Part shown: piece by piece, positions 19,828 through 29,471 of the stretch
Position numbering within the stretch: position 1 is the first letter of the stretch
Layout of the letters: every line of letters begins with the position of its first letter
Origin: an uncultured Gemmatimonadales bacterium
GTDB lineage: Bacteria > Gemmatimonadota > Gemmatimonadetes > Gemmatimonadales > GWC2-71-9
DNA: 64,000 nt
Direction of reading: 5' to 3'
Assembly (NCBI GenBank): GCA_963821525.1
Contig: CAWGED010000008.1
Span: 192,001 to 256,000 of the forward strand
The notes under the pieces: generated by a model
Told to the model about the DNA's origin: nothing
Databases searched by the model: none
Seen by the model: the letters and a program-made list of their open reading frames with translations, nothing else
Program-made: the position numbers and the translations under genes

Positions 19828-21683
19828 ATGAGGTCTGTTATGAACCGTATTACCCGCAGGATGTTGTCTGGCGGGCTAGTCGCGGGGTTGACGATCCTCG
19901 CGGCATCGGCTCACGCCCAGGCACGTTCGGGGAAGTGGACCCTGAATGCGCCGGAGGGCGAGTGGTGGATGACCGGTCGCGATTACAGTCTCCAGCGGTT
20001 CAGCCCGCTGGCGCAGATCAACACCTCCAACGTGGCCAATCTGAAGGCCGCCTGGTCGTTCTCGACCGGCACGCTGCGCGGACATGAGGGCAACCCCCTC
20101 GTCGTCGGCAACGTGATGTACGTTCACACGTCCTTCCCGAACAATGTGTACGCGCTCGACCTGTCCAAGGAAGGCGCGCCGCAGATCTGGAAGTACGCGC
20201 CCAGTCAGTCGCCGGACGCGATTCCAATCGCCTGTTGCGACCTCGTGAACCGCGGCACTGCGTATCACCCGAGCGGCAAGCTCTACATCGAGCTGCTGCA
20301 GGGTGAGCTCGCGGCGATCGATGCCAAGTCCGGCAAGGAGCTGTGGAAGGCCAAGCACCCGGATCACTCCGGCGCGGGCGTCGAGGCGAACGGCTACAAG
20401 CAGGGCGCCACGATGACCAACGCCCCGATCGTGATCGGCGACGTCGTCATCGCCGGCATCTCGGGTGGTGAGTTCGGAGTCCGCGGCCGCGTCTCGGCGT
20501 TCGACGCGAACACGGGCAAGCACATCTGGACCGCGTACAGCACCGGCCCGGACAGCGAAACCATGATCGAGGGCGATGCCAACGCGAACTACGCGTCCCA
20601 CAAGGGGAAGGACCTCGGGGTCTCGACCTGGCAGGGCGACGAGTGGAAGCGGGGCGGCGGCACCACCTGGGGCTGGTACAGCTACGATCCCGAGCTGAAC
20701 CTGTTCTACTACAACAGCGGCAACCCCGGGACCTGGAACCCCGATCAGCGGCCGGGCGACAACAAGTGGTCCATGACCATGTGGGCTCGTAATCCGCAGA
20801 CCGGTAAGGCCAAGTGGGCGTACCAGATGACGCCGCACGACGAGTGGGACTATGACGGCATCAACGAGGACGTGCTGTTCGAGAAGGGCGGCCAGAAGCT
20901 GCTGGCCCACTTCGACCGCAACGGCATCGGCTACACCGTCGACCGGACCAACGGCAAAGTGATCGTCGCCAACGCATTCGGCCCGATCAACTGGGCAAAG
21001 AACGGCGGGCACCGGCACCCCGGTTGAGGGTGTGGTGACCACGGGCGTCCCGGTCAAGGATCCCAAGTTCGGCACCAGCTCCAAGAAGAACGGCGAGGGA
21101 ATCTGCCCCGCCGCCATCGGGTTCAAGGATCAGCAGCCCGTCGGCGTACTCGCCGATCACGGGCCTGTTCTACGTCCCCGCGAACCACATCTGCATGGAC
21201 TATGAGGGCGTGGAAGTGAAGTACACCGCCGGTCAGCCGTACGTCGGCGCGATCGTGCGGATGTTCCCGGGCCCCGGCGGCAATCGCGGCCGGTTCATCG
21301 CCTGGGATCCCATGACCGGTAAGCAGGTGTGGGAGATCAAGGAGAACCTCGCGGCGTACGGCGGCGCGCTCACCACGGCCGGCGGCATCGTGTTCTACGG
21401 CACGATGGAAGGCTGGCTCAAGGCCGTTGATCAGAAGACGGGCAAGGTGCTGTGGAAGTTCAAGACCCCGTCGGGCATCATCGGCAACCCGATGACCTAC
21501 AAGGCCCCGGATGGCAAGCAGTACGTCGCCGTTCTGTCGGGCATTGGTGGCTGGGCCGGTATCGGCGTGGCCGCGGGCATCGGCGCAGAAGATCCCACCG
21601 CCGGTCTCGGCGCGCTGGGCGCGTTTGGTGACGCGGGTCAGTTCTCCACCCAGGGTGGCGTGCTGACTGTCTTCGGGCTGTAA
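19828..21683 (+). CDS. xoxF: Lanthanide-dependent PQQ methanol dehydrogenase (XoxF type); frameshifts near 21008 and 21139
   Basis: Signal peptide, FSTGTLRGHEG, vicinal ACCD.VNRG, GGEFGVRG, GNPGTWN, HDEWDYDG, ICP.AIG.KDQQP and SGIGGW. Confidence 0.93.
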
Positions 21684-21696
21684 TTCGCTGCACACG

Positions 21697-21800
21697 GCCG
21701 TCCGGGGGCTTGCTCCCGGGCGGCTGTCCCGCTTAGTCGTTCAGACGGCGCCGGACACCTCCGCGGGCAAGACACTCCGCCCTGCAGTGTCCGGCGCCGT
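21697..21800 (+). promoter_or_regulatory. Two GC-rich hairpins between xoxF and xoxJ
   Basis: A 12-bp stem at 21697-21724 and a perfect 14-bp inverted repeat ACGGCGCCGGACAC/GTGTCCGGCGCCGT at 21745-21800. Confidence 0.55.
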
Positions 21801-21868
21801 TTGTCCGGTGCGGTGGCGGTTCGCCGCCAGCTCAAATCATGCAAGTGTGTGCCCAGGCGGAATATCCG

Positions 21869-22730
21869 ATGCGTTTATCAGTGCTGCGCCATGCCGCTCT
21901 CGCTGTCGCCCTGGCCGGGGGAATCGCCCTGCCCGCCCAGGCCCAGCGACCCAGCCCCCTTACCGAAGGGGTGCTACGGGTGTGCGCGGATCCCGACAAC
22001 ATGCCGTTCTCCAACCAGGCGGGAGACGGATTCGAGAACAAGATCGCCGAACTGCTGGCTCAGACCTGGAATTCCAAGCTCGAATACATCTGGTGGCCGG
22101 TGCGTCGCGGCTTCTTCAGCCCGGGGCCTGAACGGCCGCTACTGCGACGTGGCCATTACCGCTCCAGCCAAACTCGACATGGCCGGAGTCACCGAACCCT
22201 ACTTCCGGTCGTCCTACGTCATCGTCTATCGCAAGGACAGCGGGCTCGACATCTCGAGCCTGGATGACCCGAAGCTCAAGCAGCTCAAGATCGGCGTGAA
22301 CCTGCTCAATGCGGACGCCGAGAATACTCCGCCCGCGATGGCGCTGAGCTCGCACGGGGTGGTCGGCACTCTGGTCGGATTCGGCACCTTTTACAGCGAA
22401 GGCGGGTTGCGTCCCGAGGACATCATCAATGCGGTGGTCGACAGTACTATCGATGTCGCCATCGTCTGGGGTCCGGTGGCGGGCTACTTCGCCAAGACCG
22501 CGCGGGCTCCGCTGGTGCTGCGCCCGCTCCCCGACGATTCATTGAGCGGGATCCCCTTCTCCTTCAGCCTGGGCCTGGCAACCCGGCGGCGGGAGACGGT
22601 GATGCGGGACAGCCTGCAGAAGTTCATCGACGCCAAGCGTCCCGAGCTTCAGAAGATTCTGGAACAGTTCAACGTGCCGATGTTGCCGCTCACCCCCGAT
22701 TCGGCGAAACCGGGCACAACCGGTCAATGA
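21869..22730 (+). CDS. xoxJ: XoxJ/MxaJ-type periplasmic substrate-binding protein; frameshift near 22120
   Basis: LRVCADPDNMPFSN, GFENKIA, CDV, T.PYFRSSY, KIGV, TPP and IVWGPVAGY. Confidence 0.88.
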
Positions 22731-23215
22731 CTTCGACGCCAAGTGGTGGCATTCCCTCGCCTTCGAAAGGATCGCGCACCCGCATGAGCCGTTCGTTCGT
22801 CAACCCTCGCGCGCTGACCGTCGGCGCGGTGCTCGCCCTGCTGCTCGTCCTCACGGCACCTCTCGCTGCTCAGGTGCATGACGAATACCATCCAGCCCCG
22901 CGTGATACCGTCACCAATGATGTTTACCAGGGATGGAAGCAGTTCGAGTTGAACTGTTCCCGGTGTCACGGCGAGTATGGGGTCGGCACCTCGTTTGCTC
23001 CCTCACTCATCGTGTCGATGAAGGATGACGGAACCATCCCCACCCAGGAATTGTTCATTACCACCGTCTGCGCCGGCCGACCGGACAAGGGAATGCCGTC
23101 CTGGTGCGGGCTGGGCCTGGAAATGGACAAGATCCAGCGGATCTACCTTTATCTGAAGGGGCGAGCGGACGGAAAAATCGGCATAGGACGACCGGCCGTG
23201 AAGGAGAACAGCTAG
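22727..23215 (+). CDS. xoxG: Monoheme cytochrome c, cognate electron acceptor of XoxF
   Basis: CSRCH heme motif, GMPSW axial Met, signal peptide and position after xoxJ. Confidence 0.8.
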   Translation: MTSTPSGGIPSPSKGSRTRMSRSFVNPRALTVGAVLALLLVLTAPLAAQVHDEYHPAPRDTVTNDVYQGWKQFELNCSRCHGEYGVGTSFAPSLIVSMKDDGTIPTQELFITTVCAGRPDKGMPSWCGLGLEMDKIQRIYLYLKGRADGKIGIGRPAVKENS

Positions 23216-23237
23216 CGGGCACCTCCCGCTTCCCACC

Positions 23238-24062
23238 ATGTATCCGCGAATGCGCGGCCTTTCCGCCTGGGCGTTCCTGGCGGTGACTTTCCCCCTCGCC
23301 GCGCAAAACCCGCCGGCAGCGGCTCCGGGAGCGCTAACGCGCGAGGCCGTCCAGGAGCGCCTCTCCAAGACCACCGGATCAATCCCCGATCTCTCCGGCG
23401 TCGACCTGAGACGGCTCGACCTGAGTGGATTGGACTTCCGCCAGGCCAACCTGACGAAGGCCAGGCTGGACAGCGCAAACCTTTCCGGCGCCAAGCTCTT
23501 CGCCGTCGATCTCACCGACGCGACCGCCATCGGCGCCGACCTGAGTAAGGCCAATCTCGACGGCTCCACCCTGCGTCGCGCCAACCTGCAGCACGCCAAC
23601 CTGCGGGGTGCGAGCCTCTTTGCGACGATCGTAGAGGCTGCCGACCTGAGTGAGGCGGATCTCAGGGATACGCGTATTATCGGGTACCTGAAGGCGGCCA
23701 AACTGCGGGGTACCAACCTGCAGAACGCAAACATCGGCGCCGATCCGGGCAATCAGTCCATGGGCGTCATGCGGGCCCAGTTCGGAAGCGCGGATCTCTC
23801 TGGTGCCGACTTCACCGGGGCCAATCTCTTCAAGGCCGACTTCGGCTACGCCAAGCTGATCGGTGCCAAGCTGGTCAACGTGGATCTGCGAAACGCGGAA
23901 TTGATCCAGGCCGATCTGACGGAAGCCGACGTCACTGGAGCCAACGTCGCCTCGGCGGACCTCAACGGAACCATATTCACCAAAGCCAAGGGAGTTTCCA
24001 CGCTCAAGGGACTCGACCAGGCACGCAATAAAGACAAGGCGGTTTTCGATGAACGGAACTGA
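23238..24062 (+). CDS. Secreted pentapeptide-repeat protein
   Basis: Signal peptide and many A(D/N)LxG units, with a loop GADPGNQSMGVMR. Confidence 0.88.
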   Translation: MYPRMRGLSAWAFLAVTFPLAAQNPPAAAPGALTREAVQERLSKTTGSIPDLSGVDLRRLDLSGLDFRQANLTKARLDSANLSGAKLFAVDLTDATAIGADLSKANLDGSTLRRANLQHANLRGASLFATIVEAADLSEADLRDTRIIGYLKAAKLRGTNLQNANIGADPGNQSMGVMRAQFGSADLSGADFTGANLFKADFGYAKLIGAKLVNVDLRNAELIQADLTEADVTGANVASADLNGTIFTKAKGVSTLKGLDQARNKDKAVFDERN

Positions 24063-24066
24063 CGGG

Positions 24067-25158
24067 ATGCGGCGGGCTCTCATCCTGGGTGCGGTTGCTC
24101 TCCTGGCGGCTGGGTGCGGCCGGCGTGAGGCAGCACCGCCTCAGGCGGGGGGTGCAGGGGGCGGAACGGAAGCGGCCGGGGAATACGTGTATGTCAGCAA
24201 TGAGGATTCCCGAAACATCACGGTGATAGACGCGGCGACCGATAGTGTCGTCAGCACGATCGAAGTAGGTACTCGCCCCCGCGGCGTGAAGGTGAGCCCC
24301 GATGGCCGTACAGTTTACGTGGCGCTGAGCGGATCACCCAAGTGCCCGCCCACCATGCCGGACGAGGAGTGCGAGAAGCTCAAGACCGATCCCTCGAAGG
24401 ACGGAGTCGCAGTGGTCGACGTGGCAACCAGGAAGACGGTGAAGACTCTCCCCGCTGGCAAGGACCCCGAAACATTCGACGTGAGCCCCGACGGAACCCG
24501 GCTCTACGTCTCCAACGAAGACGCCGACTCCGCATCCATTGTTGACCTCCAGAGCGGCAAAGTCATCGCCAACGTGAAGACCGGCCGGGAGCCCGAAGGC
24601 GTCACGTTGTCACCCGACGGCAAGACTGTGTGGGTCACCGGGGAAACCGATCACAACATCACCGGAATCGGCACCCAGTCCGGGCAAGGTGGTGGGAACC
24701 ATCGAGGTTGGCCAGCGGCCGCGCTCCATCCGATTCGTTCAGAATGGGGCCAAGGCATACGTGACCAATGAAGTCGCCGGCACCGTCACCGTCGTCGACA
24801 TGAACGCCAGGAAGACGGTGAAACCATCACCATGCCGGAAGGGCTCCAAGCCCATGGGGCTGGCGGTCGCCCCCGACGGCCAGAAGGTCTACGTCTCGAA
24901 CGGGAGAGGCGGGACACTGTCGGTTCTCGATGTCGCCACCGACTCGATCCTCTCCACCACAAAAGTGGGCACTCGTCCCTGGGGAGTGGGTGTCACGAAG
25001 GACGGGAAGAAGCTCTATACCGCAAACGGCCCCGGCAACGACGTCTCGGTAATCGACGCCTCGACAATGCAGGTCGTCAAGACGATTCCGGCGGCAGCGT
25101 GCCGTGGGGGATTGCGATTGGACCGGCGGTGAGGGGAGAGCCGTTAGCGATAGACTAG
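24067..25158 (+). CDS. YVTN beta-propeller lipoprotein (PQQ-catabolism associated); several frameshifts
   Basis: Lipobox LLAAGC and repeated SPDG..(L/V)YV(S/T)N blades. Indels near 24680, 24830 and 25095. Confidence 0.85.
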
Positions 25159-25235
25159 GCGCGAGAGCGGTAAGCTCATAGCGCGTTAGGCCATAAGCAA
25201 GACGTAACTTAGCTAACGGCCTAACGCTTATCGCC
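25140..25235. repeat. Degenerate inverted array (CGTTAGG/CGATAAG-like ... CCTAACG/CTTATCG)
   Basis: Located between convergent genes. Confidence 0.55.
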
Positions 25236-25244
25236 TCGCTGCAC

Positions 25245-25782
25245 TCACGCAAAAGGCCTTCGGGTAAACCACGCCCCCGGCCATCTCCACGCCAGCCACC
25301 CGTCCAATCCCCACGCCCGGCCCGAACGCGCCAGGAACAGCACCGGCAACACGCTCAGCAGCATGTAGTGAAAGCCGAATGACGCGGGCGCCATGTGCTG
25401 CGACGCCAAGACCGTAGTTCAGGCTCAGCCAGAATGCACCGAGTGCAGCGAGCCCGGCGAACAGTCCTAACGTGAGTCCGAGTCCCACCAGCGTCTCCGC
25501 CCAAGCGATCATCTTGGCAAACATGACCGAATTGGGCAGAACCGTGTGCTCGAGGAACGCTTTGTACCACAGAATCGGGTTCTCGGCGGCCTGCCGGGTG
25601 ACGATCTGCGGCATGGCCTCGATCCAGCGCGGCTCGACGCCGAGCCAGGGGAAGAACCCGCCGAGGAGCACCAGGTCCAGCTTGGTCCACAGCGCCTTCA
25701 CGAAATAGAGCCCGACCAGGATGCGCAGCACCGCAAGCCAGCGGCTCGGATGGGACATGTCGACCGTCGTGGGGGAATTCAC
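25245..25782 (-). CDS. DoxX/DoxD-family membrane protein; frameshift near 25400
   Basis: LRILVG.YF, WY..FL...VLPN, E.LVGLGL.LG and GRAWGLD. Confidence 0.75.
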
Positions 25783-25794
25783 TCGTTGTCTCCG

Positions 25795-25875
25795 TTTAAG
25801 TGCCTTAAGCCTTAAGCCGTAAGCCTGAGTCCATGGTTGCCACGCGTACAGCTTATGGCCTAGGGCTCATGGCAC
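25795..25875. repeat. Inverted heptamer array (CCTTAAG/CCGTAAG ... CTTATGG)
   Basis: Read directly from the sequence. Confidence 0.6.
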
Positions 25876-27911
25876 CATCACACCCAATTCCTCAAACACG
25901 AAACTCCAGGTATCCACCAGCTCCTCGAGCACCTTGGAAACCGGCTTCCCCGCGCCGTGCCCTGCCTTTTCCTCCAACCGGAGCAGAATGGGTCGCCCTG
26001 AGGAAGACGCAGCCTGCAGCAACGCCGTCATTTTCCGCGCGTGCATCGGATCTACCCGCGTATCGCTCTCGGCCGTGGCAAGCAAGACAGCAGGATACGC
26101 GGTGCCCGGTTCCACTCGGTGGTAGGGCGAGTAGGCCCTCAGCCAGCCGAACTGTTCCGGATCATCGGGGTCGCCATACTCCGGGATCCAGAGCCGCGCA
26201 ATCAGGAACCGGTGATACCGCAACATGTCGAGCAGCGGAACCTGAATGACCACGGCACGGAACAGCTCCGGGCGCTGGGTGAGAGCGGCCCCCATGAGCA
26301 GCCCTCCATTCGACCCGCCGGCAATCGCCAGGCGTTCCGGCTTCGTGTAGCGCTGAGCGATCAGCCATTCGGCAGCGGCGATGAAGTCGTCGAAACTGTT
26401 CTGCTTGCGTGCCAGCATGCCGGCCTGATGCCACGATTCCCCGTATTCCCCGCCCCCTCTCAGGTTTGGCACCGCTACTACCCCGCCGCTTTCTACCCAC
26501 AGCAGCAGTGACCGGGAGAAACCCGGAGTCATGCTGATGTTGAAGCCACCGTAACCGGTCAGATAGGTCGGGTTGTCTCCCGTGAGGCTAAGCCCGTTCC
26601 GGTGCACGAGGAACATGGAGACTCCCGTGCCATCGCGCGAGGGGTAGGTCACCTGGCGTCACCTGGTAGTCCGCCGGATCGAGGTCTGCCTCGACCATTC
26701 GCCAGAGTGAGCGGGCCCCCGAATCCAGGTCCACGCGATAGACACTCGGCGGAACCGTGTATGACGAAAATCCGTAGAACAACTCTTCCCCATCCCACTC
26801 TCCGCCCCAGCCGAACACACTTCCGATTGTGGGCAACTCGAGCGGCCTCGGGTTTTTCCCCTCGAGGTCCGTCACCAGGAGACGAGAGGATGCGCGTTCC
26901 AGATAGCTGAGGGCCAGCGCGTTGCCCAGCACCATCGCGCCGTCCAGCACCGCATCGCTTCTGGTGGGAATCAGCTCTTCCCAGCGGGAGCGGTCCGGCC
27001 GCTCCGGATCGCCGCGGTAGAGCCGGTAGTTGGGAGCATCGAGGTTGGTGCGAACGTAGAGTCGCCCGCGAACGACCTGCCCTTCGAACGATGCGGGCAG
27101 ATTCTCCGCGACGGCGACGAGGGGGCCGCCGCGCTCCAGGTCCTGCAGGAAGAGGTCGGTCTGATCGAAAGTTCGAGCGACGCCGATCAGCAGCCAGCGT
27201 CCCTCGGGCGAGAGGTCAACGCTCGGCCAATGCTCCTTCTGTGACGGCTTGAAGATGAGCCGGTCTCCGGCGGGATCGTCTCCCAGGAGATGCAGGAAGA
27301 CAGCGCGGTGATACTGCTCCTCCCCTTCGGGCACCGAGCCCGGAAACGGGTAACGGGTGTAGTAGAACCCGTTGCCGCCGGGCAGCCATGCGAGGTCCGC
27401 TGCGCGAGTCCCGCTGATCCGATCGGGCTTGACCTCACCGCTATCCACATCGAGGACGTGCAGTACGCTTTCCTCGCTCCCGTTTTCGGAAAGACCATAG
27501 GCCAGGAGCTTTCCGTCCTCGCTCGGGAAATACCAGTCGAGTGCGGTAGTGCCGGCGGCATCCAGCGCATTGGGATCGAGCAGGACGCGGTCGGGGCCCT
27601 CGACTCCGTCCCGAACATACAGGACAGGTTGGTTCTGAGTTCCTTCCCTTCGCTGATAGAAGTAGCGCCCTCGAGCCGGCGTCGGAGCACTCAGCGCACC
27701 GATCTTGAGCAGTTGCTCCAGCCGGGCCCTGATGAAAGGTCTGGCGGGTACGCCGATCGAGGTAGTCGCGGGTGAACCGGTTCTGTTCGCTAGTCCAGGA
27801 CCGGGTCTCGGCGCTCTCGCCGTCCTCCAGCCAGCGATACGGATCGGGAATTCGCTCGCCATGGAGCGTGTCGACGACGCCGTACGTCGGAGAAGGTGGA
27901 GGGGAGGGCAT
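25867..27911 (-). CDS. Prolyl oligopeptidase (S9A); frameshifts near 27760 and 26660
   Basis: [36 protein letters not shown] and AGHG. Confidence 0.92.
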
Positions 27912-27923
27912 GGTCTAAACAGC

Positions 27924-28035
27924 GTGAGAAGTGAGAGGTGAGAAGTGAGAGGTAAGAAATAGGGAGTATCAAGGAGTGGTTGAAGCTGTCTGCTATCGCG
28001 CTTTTCCTTCTTACTTCTCACGCTCACTTCTACGA
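27924..28035. repeat. Inverted heptamer array (GTGAGAA/GTGAGAG ... TTCTCAC/TTCTTAC)
   Basis: Read directly from the sequence. Confidence 0.75.
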
Positions 28036-28036
28036 C

Positions 28037-29116
28037 TCAGTCTCCAAGGCAGATCCCCAGCTCCCGGGCGGTCAGTAGCGTATCCGAGTCGAGCGGGACG
28101 TTCTTGGCACGGCCGATGACTTCGCTGAGCGGTAGCCGCGCGATGGAAGGTGGAGCGAGGGCAATCATGGTTCCAAATGCACGGTCTGCAACCGCGCGTA
28201 CTGCGGCCGCGCCGAAGCGCAGACCGAGCAACCGGTCGAAAGTCGTCGGTGATCCGCCGCGCTGAATGTGGCCCAGCACCAGACTTCGGGTCTCCTTGCC
28301 ACTCCGCTCCGCGATGGCGCGGGCCACCAGGGAGCCGATGCCTCCGAGACGGTCGGCGCTTCCGGCAGAGCGCCGCTCCAGCAGCAAGAGCTCGCCGTCC
28401 TTGGGCTTCGCACCCTCCGCTACGACCACGATGCTGAAGCGGCGGCCGGCCTCGTCTCGCTTCCGGATCTTCTCCAGCACCTTGTTCATGTCGAAGGGGA
28501 TTTCGGGGATGAGAATGACATCGGCGGTCGCTGAGACTCCGCTGTTGAGCGCGATGAATCCGGCATGGCGCCCCATCAGCTCGACGACCATGACTCGTTC
28601 ATGGCTCTCGGCCGTCGAGTGCAGCTTGTCGATCGCATCGGTCGCGGTACTCACCGCGGTGTCGAAGCCGAATGTGGCGATGGTGCCCACAACGTCGTTG
28701 TCGATCGTCTTGGGCACCCCGACGACGGGCAGACCCATCTTCCAGAGATCGTGGGCGATAGACAGGCTGCCGTCGCCCCCGATCGCAATCAGCGCATCGA
28801 ACCCGCTCGCGTTGAAGGCGTCGACCAGATCGCTCGATCGGTCCACCTCGGTATCCTTGCCGCTCGCATCCGTGACGACCCAGCAGAAGGGATTGCCGCG
28901 GTTGGTCGTGCCGAGAATGGTGCCGCCCAGGTGGGTAATCCCGCGGACCCGTTCCGGCGTGAGCGTCATGATCCCGTCGTCCCCGAGGAGCCCGCCGTAC
29001 CCCCGGCGGATTCCATAGGTCTGCCAACCCCGTCCGTGCGCCGACAGCACAATGGCTCGGATGACGGCATTGAGGCCGGGGGCGTCCCCGCCCCCGGTGG
29101 AGATGGCGATTCTCAT
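28037..29116 (-). CDS. pfkA: 6-phosphofructokinase (group III/mixed type; GGDGS + PKTIDND)
   Basis: TGGGDAPGLNA, GGTILGT, GGDGS, PKTIDND, MGR and LGHIQRGG. Confidence 0.93.
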   Translation of the reverse strand: MRIAISTGGGDAPGLNAVIRAIVLSAHGRGWQTYGIRRGYGGLLGDDGIMTLTPERVRGITHLGGTILGTTNRGNPFCWVVTDASGKDTEVDRSSDLVDAFNASGFDALIAIGGDGSLSIAHDLWKMGLPVVGVPKTIDNDVVGTIATFGFDTAVSTATDAIDKLHSTAESHERVMVVELMGRHAGFIALNSGVSATADVILIPEIPFDMNKVLEKIRKRDEAGRRFSIVVVAEGAKPKDGELLLLERRSAGSADRLGGIGSLVARAIAERSGKETRSLVLGHIQRGGSPTTFDRLLGLRFGAAAVRAVADRAFGTMIALAPPSIARLPLSEVIGRAKNVPLDSDTLLTARELGICLGD

Positions 29117-29129
29117 GGGAGAAAGCCGA

Positions 29130-29369
29130 TCACTGATTGTCGCCCAGGTGTCTCTTCAGCAATCCCGCCACCTCACCCGGCTTGGCATGTCGGCCGATTG
29201 CTTTCTTGGAGAAGATGAGGGCGCCATCGACCGTAACTTCGAACGCGCCCCCCGAAGACTTCTGGAGGCTGAATTGCGCGTACGGAATCGTTTCCTTGAG
29301 CTCGGCTACCAGACCGGTAGCCCGGGGTCCGTAGTTTCAGACCACGCAGTATTCGATGGTGATATGCAT
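29130..29369 (-). CDS. Rdx/SelW-family selenoprotein, 79 aa, CxxU (TGA = Sec at 29337-29339)
   Basis: MHITIEYCVV[TGA]NYGPRATGLVAELKETIPYAQFSLQKSSGGAFEVTVDGALIFSKKAIGRHAKPGEVAGLLKRHLGDNQ*. The Rdx signatures IEYCxxU, GxFEV and FSK lie in one frame across the TGA. Confidence 0.88.
29304..29322 (-). promoter_or_regulatory. Bacterial SECIS-like hairpin
   Basis: The mRNA reads GGCTACC-GGTCT-GGTAGCC. The loop starts with G about 22 nt after the UGA, which fits bSECIS geometry. Confidence 0.7.
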
Positions 29370-29471
29370 GGGGACGAACCTATCCCGAACCCGTCCCTCT
29401 GCCAAGCTGAGTCACAGTGCCACTTCCCGGGGGCGGGGTATATTGGGACGGTGCTTACCACTAGAGACGTC

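Noticed and set aside
21000..21145. Programmed frameshifting or pseudogenisation of xoxF
   Set aside because: No slippery heptamer, and the same kind of indel occurs throughout the window.
25867..27911. Prolyl oligopeptidase as a PQQ-maturation or RiPP peptidase
   Set aside because: No pqq or precursor genes nearby. It lies in the opposite-strand pfkA run and looks like an ordinary S9A enzyme.
29052..29471. N-terminal extension of the OmpA ORF (636 aa in the track)
   Set aside because: It is the antisense shadow of pfkA and the selenoprotein gene. The signal peptide starts at ATG 29472.
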